Below the pieces are notes generated by a model. The model searched no databases, was not told where the DNA came from, and was given only the letters and a program-made list of their open reading frames with translations. The position numbers and the translations under genes are program-made. Shown here piece by piece: positions 22,533 to 40,648 of a stretch of DNA of 64,000 nt. The stretch lies in assembly GCF_058153355.1 (NCBI RefSeq), contig NZ_CM177019.1, one strand, 5' to 3'. Each line of letters begins with the position of its first letter. Positions within the stretch are counted from its first letter, which is position 1.

Positions 22533-23153
22533 GTGTTAGACCGCCATCTTCATCCCCGAATTAAACCTTTGTTGCATCAGTGTGTGAAGGTGCTGGATAA
22601 ACCCGGCATTACGCCAGATGGTTTAACATTAGTGGGATTTGCCATCGGCGTGCTGGCACTGCCGTTTCTGGCGCTGGGCTGGTATCTGGCGGCGCTAATC
22701 GTCATTTTGTTGAACAGGCTGCTGGATGGTCTGGACGGCGCGTTGGCGCGGCGAAGAGGACTTACCGACGCGGGTGGCTTTCTCGATATTTCTCTCGATT
22801 TTCTTTTTTACGCACTGGTGCCTTTTGGGTTTATCCTCGCCGCACCGGAGCAAAACGCGCTGGCAGGCGGCTGGCTGCTGTTTGCGTTTATCGGCACGGG
22901 CAGCAGTTTTCTCGCTTTTGCTGCGCTGGCGGCGAAACATCAGATTGATAATCCCGGTTATGCGCATAAATCGTTTTATTATCTGGGCGGGTTAACCGAA
23001 GGCAGCGAGACGATTTTGCTGTTTGTTCTGAGTTGCCTCTTGCCAGCTTATTTTCCGTGGTTTGCGTGGGTATTTGGTGCGTTGTGCTGGATGACGACCT
23101 TTACGCGGGTGTGGAGTGGGTATCTGACGCTGAAGTCGCTCCAGCGCCAGTAA
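22533..23153 (+). CDS. ynjF: CDP-alcohol phosphatidyltransferase family membrane protein YnjF
   Basis: ORF from 22527; GTG at 22533 preceded by TAAGGAG gives MLDRHLHPRIK; DGxxAR motif (DGLDGALARRRG). Confidence 0.75.
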   Translation: MLDRHLHPRIKPLLHQCVKVLDKPGITPDGLTLVGFAIGVLALPFLALGWYLAALIVILLNRLLDGLDGALARRRGLTDAGGFLDISLDFLFYALVPFGFILAAPEQNALAGGWLLFAFIGTGSSFLAFAALAAKHQIDNPGYAHKSFYYLGGLTEGSETILLFVLSCLLPAYFPWFAWVFGALCWMTTFTRVWSGYLTLKSLQRQ

Positions 23154-23161
23154 TTGCAATG

Positions 23162-24469
23162 TTATTTGCTGCTGTCCGGGCCGCGCTCACCGGTTGCTAC
23201 GGGATTTTTCGGATCGCTGCTCCATTCGTACCAGCCGCCGTCGTAAACGGAGACGTTATTCCAGCCCATTGCTCGTGCGTACATAAAGGTTTCGGACGCG
23301 CGCCAGCCGGTGCCGCAGTAGAATGAAACTTGCTGATCTGGTTTGATATTCCATGCTTTCCACATAGCGGCAATATCATCGGCGCTACGCATGGTGCCAT
23401 CCGGGTTATGGAAATCCTCCATATGCGTCGAGTCGCTACCAGCGTGTCCCCAACGGGCTCCGGCTATTTCACCTTTTGGCTTAATATAGCTGTAACCACT
23501 GGTCGTACCGATAAATTCTGGCCACGAACGAATGCTCACCAGCGATGCATCCTGGCGATGCAGCAGCCCACGGGCCTGTTCCATATCAAGCATCAACTGC
23601 GGTTGCGCCGGGATCTTCACGCCGAAATCCGGTTCAGCTTTCACTTTCGGTGGCGTTCCGCGCTCAACAGGCAGTCCCGCGTCGGACCAGGTTTGCCAGC
23701 CGCCGTCCAGCAGGCGCACATCTTTCACCCCTGCATAGAGCATAATCTGTGCTACACGCGCTGCTGCGTATACATCACGACCATATAGAATCACCGTGGT
23801 GTCATGACGAATGCCATGCTTTGCCAGCATCGCTTTCAGTTGTTCATCAGAGACTTTATTCCACAGCGGTTCGCTTTCCACTTCATTGGTATCGATGTAA
23901 TCCGCGCCGGGAATATGGCTGATAAGGTAAAGCTTAGGAGCGCCCCAGGCCGCTTCAATGACTTTCCAGTCACCGGCAGGTTTCGCCGTAACCTCTTTAC
24001 CCTGTTGCAGGTCATGCAGCCATTGCGGATAAACCAGCTGCTCAAAGTGCGGCAGTTTTTGCAGACGGGAAGGTTCGCTTAGCGCGTCACTCAGGATGGA
24101 GATATGCGTAAAACCTGCTTTTTGCAGTCGCGTTTTGACGGCGTCGACATCTTTGTCATTACCGTACAGCGCCACCGGAGCGTCGGTTTTCAGGTTATGT
24201 TGCTTGATCCACGCGTTGAGCTGTTCGGTGCTCATTTTGTCGAGCCAGCTAGCAGAGAGGTTTAAGGCGGCAGGTTCATGACCAGAAGGGCCATTTAAGG
24301 TTTGTGGCCAGCCGTTATAAAACGCGCTGGGGCGAGTATCTATCGCTTTGCCATTTTGTTGTTGAAGCTGGTCAAGTGTAAGAGGCTTCGCCAGTTCAGC
24401 GGCCCACGAAGAAGCGCAAGCCAGCCCTAAAGCCATTGCCAGCGCGGTCATTTGAGAAACACGTTTCAT
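23162..24469 (-). CDS. ynjE: Periplasmic thiosulfate sulfurtransferase (rhodanese domains) YnjE
   Basis: ORF trimmed to MKRVSQMTALAMALGLACASSWA signal peptide (435 aa). Confidence 0.85.
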   Translation of the reverse strand: MKRVSQMTALAMALGLACASSWAAELAKPLTLDQLQQQNGKAIDTRPSAFYNGWPQTLNGPSGHEPAALNLSASWLDKMSTEQLNAWIKQHNLKTDAPVALYGNDKDVDAVKTRLQKAGFTHISILSDALSEPSRLQKLPHFEQLVYPQWLHDLQQGKEVTAKPAGDWKVIEAAWGAPKLYLISHIPGADYIDTNEVESEPLWNKVSDEQLKAMLAKHGIRHDTTVILYGRDVYAAARVAQIMLYAGVKDVRLLDGGWQTWSDAGLPVERGTPPKVKAEPDFGVKIPAQPQLMLDMEQARGLLHRQDASLVSIRSWPEFIGTTSGYSYIKPKGEIAGARWGHAGSDSTHMEDFHNPDGTMRSADDIAAMWKAWNIKPDQQVSFYCGTGWRASETFMYARAMGWNNVSVYDGGWYEWSSDPKNPVATGERGPDSSK

Positions 24470-24535
24470 CGAAAATCCCGACATTGTAGTTTTGAGTGCG
24501 CCATTCTGAACTGACGCATTGGGAAAAACTTTGCG

Positions 24536-25189
24536 TTATCGCAGTTTGTTGTAATTTTCTGACCACTGCGCCATATCCAGAACAGAACTATCAGCAGGAA
24601 CATCCTGGAGATCGTGCGTTACCTGAACGACGGGGATCGCCAGTTCGCGAACTTCGCTGAACACCCACTGGCGAAAATTATCGCGCAGAGCTACATCAAG
24701 ACGGCTGAACGGCTCATCCAGGAGTAACGCTTTTGGCTGGGCGAGAAGGGCGCGTAGCAGAGCAACGCGCGCTCGCTGACCACCAGACAAAGTGGCAGGA
24801 TCCTGATGGAAAGCTCCGTCAAGGCCTGAACGCTCAAGTGCATCATTCACGGCATTACGTCGGGCATTCCCCTTAAGTGTCTCCGGTAGCGCCAGCAATA
24901 AATTTTGCCCGACGCTGAACTGGTCAAATAACAGCGCATCCTGGAAAAGAATGCCAATCTGACGCTGTGCGGTGGGTAGCATGTCAATCCGTTGCTCATT
25001 GAGCCATAGCTCACCTGTACAAGAAAACTGTCCTGCCAGCGCACCAATCATCCATGAAAACAGAGAAGATTTACCACAGCCTGAGGGACCCATTAACGTG
25101 ACAATGTCACCTTTATTGACCGTAAAGTTAACGTTTGTCAGCAAAGGCCTTTCAGGCAAACGTAGCGAAACATCTTTCACGCAGAGCAT
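24536..25189 (-). CDS. ynjD: ABC transporter ATP-binding protein YnjD
   Basis: Walker A GPSGCGKSS, signature LSGGQRARV; start trimmed to MLCVKDVSL (217 aa); start codon overlaps ynjC stop. Confidence 0.8.
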   Translation of the reverse strand: MLCVKDVSLRLPERPLLTNVNFTVNKGDIVTLMGPSGCGKSSLFSWMIGALAGQFSCTGELWLNEQRIDMLPTAQRQIGILFQDALLFDQFSVGQNLLLALPETLKGNARRNAVNDALERSGLDGAFHQDPATLSGGQRARVALLRALLAQPKALLLDEPFSRLDVALRDNFRQWVFSEVRELAIPVVQVTHDLQDVPADSSVLDMAQWSENYNKLR

Positions 25190-26724
25190 TAGCGGAGTCC
25201 TTGTCTGACATAACCTACCCATTTTGCAAGCAGGGCGGTCAGGGCAAAAATAATAAGCGGTAATAGCAGTTGCCAAAGGGCCTGGGCAGCGAGAATACCG
25301 TTACTGCCGCCGCTGCTTAATGCCACCGCTTCAGTGGTGAGCGTCGGAAAACGCCCCGCGCCCAGCCACAGCGTCGGCATATACTGCGCAATACTGACTG
25401 AAAATCCCACCGCGAAGGTAATCAGCGCAGGGCGCAACATGAGTGGGCATTTCACGTAAAAGAAGATTTTAGCCCGCGACCAGCCCAGTGTTTGCGCAAT
25501 CAAAATTAACCGTGAATCAATGCGCTGCCAGGCGGGTTGCAGGATAAACAGCATCCACGGCATTACCCACAGCAGATGCCCCCAGACCACCGCTGTCCAG
25601 CTCCCATCTATGTTCAGCCATAGCGCCAGCATGTACTGGCCCGCCACCAGCGGCAGAGCGGGTAACAATATGGGCAACCATAGCCAGAATTGCCTCCGTA
25701 GTGATCCCCATTCCAGCCAGGCCAGTAACAGGATTAAAGCGAGAAACGTCGCGGTAAGTCCCATCGTCAGGCTGTTGATGAGCGCTTCACTATTGATCGT
25801 CGACTGATCCGCGAGGATCGCCAGCAGAGCCACACAGAGCACACCGGTTAAGGGTAAAAAAATCGCCAGTGTATTACCGGGTAATAAAGGCGTGGCGTGC
25901 TTACGAACGCCATCTTCCTGGGGGATCGTGCGTCGCCAGGCGCGCCATAACAGATAACCCAGCAAAACGTAGGCGGCGAGTAACAGCATCAGCAGCAGGC
26001 TGGCAAGCGCGCCTTTTGTCTGTTGGTCAATGCCACCCTGGGTTAGCCACTGCCAGCTAATTACCGCCAGCGTCGGTGGATTACCCGGCCCGAGAATAAT
26101 TGCCACATCCACGACCGACAACGACCATGCCACAATAGCCAGCATCGCCATTGCCAGTGCAGGCGCGACGGAGGGCAACAACAACCAGTTCAGACATTGC
26201 CAGCGGCTGTAGCCCAGCGAATCCAGTACAATAACCTGCTGCAACAGCCGTTTCTCGCTCAATACTGCCGCTAAGATCCACAGCAGAAATGCGCTTTCTT
26301 TCACCGCCAGGGTAAGGCCCAGCCCAATACCCAATTTATCCATCGGCGGAGTGAGAAAAGGAAAAAACTGATAAACCAGGCCACCTTCAGCAAACAGCAA
26401 CAGGGCGCTGGTGGCAAAAGCCACATGGGGAATGGCGAGCAGCCACGGCAGACGGGCGCACATACGCTGCCATTTCGGCCCAGGCCACAGCGCCATAATT
26501 ACCAGCAGGGCAATCGTCAATGCGCCGAGCGCCGCGATGGTTGTTGACACCAGCGTCGCCAGTAATGCCTGCGGTAGCTGCGGATCGGCAAATAACGCCT
26601 GCCAGTGTGCCAACGACAAAGCAGGCGATATCAGCGTGAACGCCGCCGGAATCAGCGGTGCGTAAATCACCGCCATCAGTGACCACAGCAGAAAGATTAA
26701 TGCGTACCGTAACGGCGTAGCCAT
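25189..26724 (-). CDS. ynjC: ABC transporter permease YnjC
   Basis: 511-aa polytopic membrane ORF; synteny. Confidence 0.8.
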   Translation of the reverse strand: MATPLRYALIFLLWSLMAVIYAPLIPAAFTLISPALSLAHWQALFADPQLPQALLATLVSTTIAALGALTIALLVIMALWPGPKWQRMCARLPWLLAIPHVAFATSALLLFAEGGLVYQFFPFLTPPMDKLGIGLGLTLAVKESAFLLWILAAVLSEKRLLQQVIVLDSLGYSRWQCLNWLLLPSVAPALAMAMLAIVAWSLSVVDVAIILGPGNPPTLAVISWQWLTQGGIDQQTKGALASLLLMLLLAAYVLLGYLLWRAWRRTIPQEDGVRKHATPLLPGNTLAIFLPLTGVLCVALLAILADQSTINSEALINSLTMGLTATFLALILLLAWLEWGSLRRQFWLWLPILLPALPLVAGQYMLALWLNIDGSWTAVVWGHLLWVMPWMLFILQPAWQRIDSRLILIAQTLGWSRAKIFFYVKCPLMLRPALITFAVGFSVSIAQYMPTLWLGAGRFPTLTTEAVALSSGGSNGILAAQALWQLLLPLIIFALTALLAKWVGYVRQGLR

Positions 26725-27866
26725 TCTTGTTCCAGCGCATTTACCCAGCCAGCATGCGGTTCCGCCAGTACCGGCGGCAGATCCTGCGGCATTCTTGATT
26801 GTAAAGTTTCACGCTGCCCGGCAGGCAGTTTTTGTGGATCGAGAACCGATGGATCACCCCAGACAGCAGGATCTGCCTTACGTAGCTGTGCATCAGGTGA
26901 GAGCAGGAAATTGGCAACCACCTTCGCCGCAGCACTGGCATTCGCGTTGGCAGGAACGGTGACGAAATGCACGTTGCCAATCATCCCCTCGCGAAAGCCA
27001 AAACTGTAACTGCTTGCTGGCAATTCGCCACTGGCGATTTTTTGCTGGGCATGTGCAGGATTAAAGGTCAGCGACAGGCGCAATGTGCCAGTTTTCAGCA
27101 GAGCATCCATCCGCGCGGGCGAAGGTGGGAAATCCTTTCCTTCGCGCCATAGATACGGATGCAGCGCATCAAGATATTGCCACAAGGGCGCAGTGATACG
27201 GGCGAAAGTCGCATCGTTCGGCGCTTTCTTTAATGCTGCGGGATCTGGCGTCAGCATAATCAGTAACTGTTCAAGAAATGCGGTGCCAGTAAAGTCTGGC
27301 GGGCGCGGATAGGTAACCGTGCCAGGATTGGCTTTAGCGAATTCCAGTAAGGCTTGCGGTGTTTGTGGTGGCAGTGGCGTAACATCGCGGCGGGCGATAA
27401 ACGTCAGTTGTGCGCCGCCCCACGGCGATTCTGCGCCTTCGACAGGTACAGAAAAATCTTCCCGTACCGGCAGTTGTGTATCGACATAACGCCAGTTTGG
27501 CAGAGTCTCAGCCCAGCCGGTTTGCAGTAAATTGGCCTCTTTTAAGGTGCGGAAGTTTTCGCCGTTCACCCAGAGCAGATCCACCGAACCGCCTGTCTCG
27601 CGCCCGGCTGCGGCTTCGGTCTGAATGCGCTTCACCGCGTCTGCGGCATCCGCCAGGCGGACAATCTTCAGGTTTATATCATAATGGGTTTTCATCTCGC
27701 CGCTAACCCAGTCGAGATAGCGGTTAATTGCGGTATCGCCGCCCCAGGCGTTAAACCAGACGGTTTGCCCTTTGGCCTCATTTTTAACTTCCTGCCAGTC
27801 ACTGGCATGTGTTGCCAGAGAAAACAGCGATAACAATCCCAGCAACCACCCACAATGGCGCATCAT
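26697..27866 (-). CDS. ynjB: ABC transporter periplasmic substrate-binding protein YnjB
   Basis: 389-aa ORF with signal peptide MMRHCGWLLGLLSLFSLATHA. Confidence 0.8.
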   Translation of the reverse strand: MMRHCGWLLGLLSLFSLATHASDWQEVKNEAKGQTVWFNAWGGDTAINRYLDWVSGEMKTHYDINLKIVRLADAADAVKRIQTEAAAGRETGGSVDLLWVNGENFRTLKEANLLQTGWAETLPNWRYVDTQLPVREDFSVPVEGAESPWGGAQLTFIARRDVTPLPPQTPQALLEFAKANPGTVTYPRPPDFTGTAFLEQLLIMLTPDPAALKKAPNDATFARITAPLWQYLDALHPYLWREGKDFPPSPARMDALLKTGTLRLSLTFNPAHAQQKIASGELPASSYSFGFREGMIGNVHFVTVPANANASAAAKVVANFLLSPDAQLRKADPAVWGDPSVLDPQKLPAGQRETLQSRMPQDLPPVLAEPHAGWVNALEQEWLRRYGTH

Positions 27867-27872
27867 CTCTCC

Positions 27873-28421
27873 TTAAGAACGTTTTTCAGGAATACGGCAC
27901 AGCCCCTGAGCGGGAATGTCCATGGCAGAATTAAAACGGGCTGACAGGTTTTGCAGGCCGATCAATGCCGTCAGTTCGGTGAGCGCCTGGGCGTCAAAAT
28001 GCGCAGCCAGTCGGGTACGCAGGGCATCATCGACCGTTGGCGGCGTTACGCTTGCGGCTTCGGCGTACTCCAGCGCCAGCCGTTCTTCATCGCTAAAGAG
28101 CGGGCTTTGCCGCCAGTCAGCCACTGCCAGCAGTTTATCGGTGCTGCCAGTGCGCTCGGCGACTTTCATACTGGTGATATCCACGCAAAATTCACACAGG
28201 CACATTTGCGCAATGCGTGCGCTGACAAGCGATCGCACTACCGGATCGAGCGGTGAGCGTTTACGCTCCAGCCAACCGACAAACATCGACACCAGATAAA
28301 AGATAAACGGGATCCGTCCCCACCAGCGAATTGGACTTAGCACCTCGCCGTAATGGCGACGATGCAGCCACGCCTGCGGACGTAAACTTAAAGGAATTTT
28401 GCTAAGCGGTGGTAAACCCAT
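27873..28421 (-). CDS. ynjA: Carboxymuconolactone decarboxylase-family protein YnjA
   Basis: 182 aa; synteny. Confidence 0.8.
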   Translation of the reverse strand: MGLPPLSKIPLSLRPQAWLHRRHYGEVLSPIRWWGRIPFIFYLVSMFVGWLERKRSPLDPVVRSLVSARIAQMCLCEFCVDITSMKVAERTGSTDKLLAVADWRQSPLFSDEERLALEYAEAASVTPPTVDDALRTRLAAHFDAQALTELTALIGLQNLSARFNSAMDIPAQGLCRIPEKRS

Positions 28422-29128
28422 CAGGCATTCCTCTTCTGGCGTTCAAGCCATATTTTTTTCGCCATAAAAATCACCACGGTCAGGGCAAACAGAATAAACA
28501 GTCCGGTGACAAACCAGAAGGTACCGCCCGTTAACATACTGCCCGCCCAGGAATAAACAATAGTCGCCGGTAATTGACCAAGCCCGGTGGCGATAAAAAA
28601 CGAGCGAAAACGTATTGACGTCAAACCGGCAGCATAGCTGATTGGATCGAAAGGGACAAAAGGCAATAACCGGCATACCAGGATAGTGTGTTTGCCGTAG
28701 CGAGTGAAAAAGCCGTCCATACTGTCAAGCACGGTTTTACCGGTTAATTTTTCCACCACTTCGCGGCCCATCACTCTGGCGATAAAAAAGCATAGCGCCG
28801 CGCCTGCCATAGAACTGGTCCACGACAGCAAGCCCCCCCAGAACGCGCCAAACAACGACGCATTAGCAAAGGTAATTAAAAACGCAGGCAGCGGTGCAGC
28901 AATGGCCTGTAAAATCATCAAAATGAACGAGACAACGGCTGCCAGTGCGCCGTAAGACTGAATAAAGCGCTCTATACCCTGTTGGTCCACGGCGGCAAAC
29001 GCCGCAACGCTGCGATTGATAAACTGATGGACGCCGGGAAGCAGTGCCCATGCCAGCAGCATAGCGAACAACAGGATGATGAGGGTTATACGGTAGTACC
29101 AGATTTTACGCGATTGCATCTTCATCAT
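28421..29128 (-). CDS. ydjZ: DedA/TVP38-family inner membrane protein YdjZ
   Basis: 235-aa membrane ORF; synteny. Confidence 0.8.
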   Translation of the reverse strand: MMKMQSRKIWYYRITLIILLFAMLLAWALLPGVHQFINRSVAAFAAVDQQGIERFIQSYGALAAVVSFILMILQAIAAPLPAFLITFANASLFGAFWGGLLSWTSSMAGAALCFFIARVMGREVVEKLTGKTVLDSMDGFFTRYGKHTILVCRLLPFVPFDPISYAAGLTSIRFRSFFIATGLGQLPATIVYSWAGSMLTGGTFWFVTGLFILFALTVVIFMAKKIWLERQKRNA

Positions 29129-29142
29129 CCTTTATCGTGGCT

Positions 29143-29820
29143 TTATTCGGTGATTTTAAAGGTAACCGTAGCCAGCGTGTTATCTGCCGGGAGAACCGAG
29201 GCATTGCCTTTGAATTGCACTTCACCACGTTTTTCCACCGCACCATAAGTGTATGTTGCATTGCTGACGATGCCGACCGGGCAGCTATCCAGACATACCA
29301 GGCAGCCCGTTTTCTTCTCTTCTGCGGCGGCTAAATTACCGCCAAAGCGCATGTCCAGTTTTTTACCGTTATTGTCGACAATCACCTCATCGAATGAATA
29401 CGCTTTTGCTGCCCCTTGCCAGTTGACCGAAATATCCAGTTTGCTGCCCGCTACATGAGTCGTTTCTTTATTATCCATCGTCATGTTTTCGCCCGGGATA
29501 CCACCGGCTTGTTTCAGTGCTTCATAAAATGCTTTCGGGGTCGCATAACCCATAAACAGCGATTTATGTCCGTTGGAGCCATCTTTAAACACTATGCCGT
29601 GTCGAGTGTCGTCTGTCAGGAAACGGCCATTAATTTGTACCAGCATGGTGACCGTATGGTTATTGGTATCGACACGCAGTGGTTGGCTGTCTGAAAGACC
29701 GTCGTATTCCACTTTTGCTGCCGCATTCTCTTTTTGATCGCAGCCACTAAGCCCCGCAACGGCCAGTAAACACAGTGCAGCCAGTCCTTTTTTCCATGAC
29801 GCTGAATAATGTTGCAACAT
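29143..29820 (-). CDS. ydjY: Lipoprotein YdjY
   Basis: ORF trimmed to MLQHYSASWKKGLAALCLLAVAGLSGC (lipobox); 225 aa. Confidence 0.75.
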   Translation of the reverse strand: MLQHYSASWKKGLAALCLLAVAGLSGCDQKENAAAKVEYDGLSDSQPLRVDTNNHTVTMLVQINGRFLTDDTRHGIVFKDGSNGHKSLFMGYATPKAFYEALKQAGGIPGENMTMDNKETTHVAGSKLDISVNWQGAAKAYSFDEVIVDNNGKKLDMRFGGNLAAAEEKKTGCLVCLDSCPVGIVSNATYTYGAVEKRGEVQFKGNASVLPADNTLATVTFKITE

Positions 29821-29824
29821 CGTT

Positions 29825-30535
29825 CTATCCTTCTTTTTTTGGGTGAGTAAGTGGGCTGCGGCGCGAAGCAGACAGATCCACGTGTTTGTGTCGGGCGTAG
29901 AGTTTGGCAAGCTGGACGAGAATAAACAGTGCAAGGCCCGCCAGACAGAGTTGTAAAATAAAGCGCAGCGTAATGCCTTCACTGGCGAGATCGCTGGCCA
30001 TCACGGTATAAATAACGATACCGGGCAGGGTAGTGAGTGCCGAAATAAAGGTATAAGGCCAGAAGGCGATAGTGGTTAATCCGTAGGCGTAATTTTGAAT
30101 ATTGTAAGGAAACAGCGGGATTAAGCGGGTAAGAATTAAAAAATCGATACCGTTATGTGCAATGCCTTTTTCAATGGCCTGGAAGGTATGGCTGTGACCA
30201 ACGTATTTCAGCAATAAATCGCGCCCCAAAAAGCGTGCCAACAGGAATGAACTCGAGGAGGCCAGCGTAGCGGCAATTAATGAGAGTAGTGTCCCTAAGA
30301 TCGGGCCAAAAACTATGCCTCCAGTGATCACCAGTATGCTTCCTGGTAACAGAAAGAGGGTGGCAATGATGAATAACACAATATAAAGGCAATAACCGAA
30401 CAATCCGCTCTGGCGAATGAGAGTTTGTAAGTGGGGTAAATCGGTGAGCAGATCGAATAAACCGCAAGCGTGGATAGCGTAAATGACCAGCGCAAAAATA
30501 AAACAGGCAAAAAGAAATTTACGCTCAGCGTTCAT
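29825..30535 (-). CDS. ydjX: DedA/TVP38-family inner membrane protein YdjX
   Basis: ORF trimmed to MNAERKFLFACFIF (236 aa). Confidence 0.8.
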   Translation of the reverse strand: MNAERKFLFACFIFALVIYAIHACGLFDLLTDLPHLQTLIRQSGLFGYCLYIVLFIIATLFLLPGSILVITGGIVFGPILGTLLSLIAATLASSSSFLLARFLGRDLLLKYVGHSHTFQAIEKGIAHNGIDFLILTRLIPLFPYNIQNYAYGLTTIAFWPYTFISALTTLPGIVIYTVMASDLASEGITLRFILQLCLAGLALFILVQLAKLYARHKHVDLSASRRSPLTHPKKEG

Positions 30536-30701
30536 TGTGGAGTTTCCTATATCAAACTTGATAATAGAGAAGTGGTCAGACAACTAAAAACGCTGTGACG
30601 GTATAACAAAGGACGACAAGCAACAAATCATTACTGACAGTTTGTTGATTTTTCTCAAGGTTAATTCTCCTGACTCCGTTTGAGCCAGGAGAGCAGCTAA
30701 A

Positions 30702-31508
30702 TTAGCGGCGGAAGGTCGCCCACACAGGCGCGTGATCGGACGGTTTTTCCATGCTGCGGATTTCATAGTCGATGCCGGTTTCTACGCAACAGTCTGCCAG
30801 CGGTTGGCTGGCGAGCAGCAGGTCGATACGCAGACCACGGTTATCGTCAAAACCTTTTGAGCGGTAATCAAACCATGAGAAACGATCTGCTGTTTCCGGA
30901 TTCGCATGGCGGAAGGTATCCACCAGCCCCCAACTTATCAGCCTGTCCATCCATTCACGTTCTTCAGGCAGGAAAGAACATTTACCAGTACGCAGCCAGC
31001 GTTTGCGGTTCTCTTCGCCAATGCCGATATCCAGGTCGGTGGGGCTGATATTCATATCGCCCATAATCAGCACCGGATTTTCGCGCTTAAGTTCGGTTTC
31101 GAGATAGTTTTGCAGGTTCTGATAAAACTGCGCTTTCGCCGGGAATTTAATCGGATGGTCGCGACTTTCGCCCTGTGGGAAGTAACCGTTGATCACGGTG
31201 ACATTACCCAGCGGCGAGGGGATTTCCGCCATAATAATTCGCCGTTGTGCCTCTTCGCCGTCGTCAGGGAAGCCGCGACGCACAGCAATCGGCGTCTCTT
31301 TGGTCAACAATGCCACGCCGTAATGGCCTTTCTGCCCGTGATAAAACACGTTGTAGCCGAGCTTTGCCACCTCTTCGAGCGGAAACATATCGTCATGAAC
31401 TTTTGTCTCCTGCAGGCCAATCACATCTGGTTGGTGCTTTTCGACGATGGCTTCAAGCTGGTGAGGTCTGGCGCGCAGGCCGTTGATATTAAAAGAGACA
31501 AATTTCAT
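30702..31508 (-). CDS. xthA: Exodeoxyribonuclease III
   Basis: ORF trimmed to [14 protein letters not shown] (268 aa), EEP-family motifs. Confidence 0.95.
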   Translation of the reverse strand: MKFVSFNINGLRARPHQLEAIVEKHQPDVIGLQETKVHDDMFPLEEVAKLGYNVFYHGQKGHYGVALLTKETPIAVRRGFPDDGEEAQRRIIMAEIPSPLGNVTVINGYFPQGESRDHPIKFPAKAQFYQNLQNYLETELKRENPVLIMGDMNISPTDLDIGIGEENRKRWLRTGKCSFLPEEREWMDRLISWGLVDTFRHANPETADRFSWFDYRSKGFDDNRGLRIDLLLASQPLADCCVETGIDYEIRSMEKPSDHAPVWATFRR

Positions 31509-31865
31509 AGTCGCTGCCATTAATTCAGATAAAGAATGCGTGGATGGTAGCAGAATTTCGCTTTGCTTACCGCCTGTTGTTAAGTGATTTGATCGATGGT
31601 TGTTAATGATGTCAACGATGGCGCAAAAAATGCCCGCTTTTGGTGCGCGCTGCGTCAGAATGGCGCAGTAATTTCCAGTAAATTTCGTCAATGATCACAA
31701 TTCCAGAATTATATTTTACTTCTGCATAACATTGCGTTTTTTATTCTTTTTATTCACCTACATCGCAAACGTATTCACTTTATATGCACTTTAAATGCAT
31801 ATGGTTTGGTTATAACTCCTTGATTTCCAGTTAGCCACCGCGGTTTATGCACTTTTATCACTGGC

Positions 31866-31881
31866 TGGCACGAACCCTGCA
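31866..31881 (+). promoter_or_regulatory. Sigma-54 (-24/-12) promoter of astCADBE
   Basis: TGGCAC-gaacc-CTGCA matches TGGCAC-N5-TTGCA, about 75 nt upstream of astC start. Confidence 0.5.
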
Positions 31882-31932
31882 ATCTACATTTACAGCGCAA
31901 ACATTACTTATTATTAACATATAAATAACTAA

Positions 31933-37981
<6,049 letters not shown>

Positions 37982-38310
37982 TACTTACCCGCAGAAATCA
38001 TTCTGCGGGTATTAAGTTACTTTCTTATAAATTAATACAGATTAATCCTGGTTATTTGCTTTATTTATCACCAGTCATCCGGTATAGTTCTTCATAATCT
38101 CTGCAAAATCATCATGTTGTAATATTCTCTCATCACTCTCCATCAAATTTTCTTTTTTTCTCCATAATTGGCGCAAAAGTGTTTTTTACACTTTCATTGT
38201 TTTACCGTTGCTCTGATTAATTGACGCTAAAATCAGTAAAGTTAATCTCGTCAACACGGCACGCTACTTAAGAAAGCCGTAATAAATAACTGAAAGGAAG
38301 GATATAGAAT

Positions 38311-38796
38311 ATGCGTAAATTAACTGCACTGTTTGTTGCCTCTACCCTGGCTCTTGGCGCGGCTAACCTGGCCCATGCCGCAGACACCACTACCGCAGCA
38401 CCGGCTGACGCGAAGCCGATGATGCACCACAAAGGCAAGTTCGGTCCGCATCAGGACATGATGTTCAAAGACCTGAACCTGACCGACGCGCAGAAACAGC
38501 AGATTCGCGAAATCATGAAAGGCCAGCGTGACCAGATGAAACGTCCGCCGCTGGAAGAACGTCGCGCAATGCATGACATCATTGCCAGCGATACCTTCGA
38601 TAAAGCAAAAGCTGAAGCGCAGATCGCAAAAATGGAAGAACAGCGCAAAGCCAATATGTTGGCGCACATGGAAACCCAGAACAAGATTTACAACATCCTG
38701 ACGCCGGAACAGAAAAAGCAATTTAATGCTAATTTTGAGAAGCGTCTGACAGAACGTCCAGCGGCAAAAGGTAAAATGCCTGCAACTGCTGAATAA
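38311..38796 (+). CDS. spy: Periplasmic ATP-independent chaperone Spy
   Basis: 161 aa, signal peptide MRKLTALFVASTLALGAANLAHA, LTPEQK motif. Confidence 0.9.
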   Translation: MRKLTALFVASTLALGAANLAHAADTTTAAPADAKPMMHHKGKFGPHQDMMFKDLNLTDAQKQQIREIMKGQRDQMKRPPLEERRAMHDIIASDTFDKAKAEAQIAKMEEQRKANMLAHMETQNKIYNILTPEQKKQFNANFEKRLTERPAAKGKMPATAE

Positions 38797-38919
38797 TCTT
38801 TCAGCCAAAAACTTAAGACCGCCGGTCTTGTCCACTACCTTGCAGTAATGCGGTGGACAGGGGCGGCGGTTTTCTTTTTTGTTCTCAAACAGATGCAAAA
38901 AAAAACTGATCGCCACTAA

Positions 38920-40420
<1,501 letters not shown>

Positions 40421-40433
40421 TGTTGACTCCGAA

Positions 40434-40453
40434 TGCTGGTTATCTATCCAGTG
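40434..40453 (-). promoter_or_regulatory. Probable LexA (SOS) box upstream of cho
   Basis: Minus strand CACTGGATAGATAACCAGCA, variant of CTG-N10-CAG SOS box, 14 nt upstream of cho start. Confidence 0.45.
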
Positions 40454-40570
40454 TAACAGGCGGGGAGCGATTAAAAAAGAGGCGGGTCGATGACAAAGGT
40501 TACACCATGAGACGTGCTACGCCTGTCAGGCCTATTCGACTCCTGCAATGTATTGAATTTGCATAGTTTT

Positions 40571-40604
40571 GTAGGTCGAATAAGGCGTTCACGCCGCATC
40601 CGGC
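40571..40604 (-). repeat. REP element
   Basis: Minus strand GCCGGATGCGGCGTGAACGCCTTATTCGACCTAC between cho and nadE. Confidence 0.6.
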
Positions 40605-40648
40605 GTGAACAAAGTACTCTTTTTCGCACAAACCAAATGTGCAAATTA

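Noticed and set aside
38320-38916. 198-aa ORF on - strand
   Set aside because: Antisense to spy.
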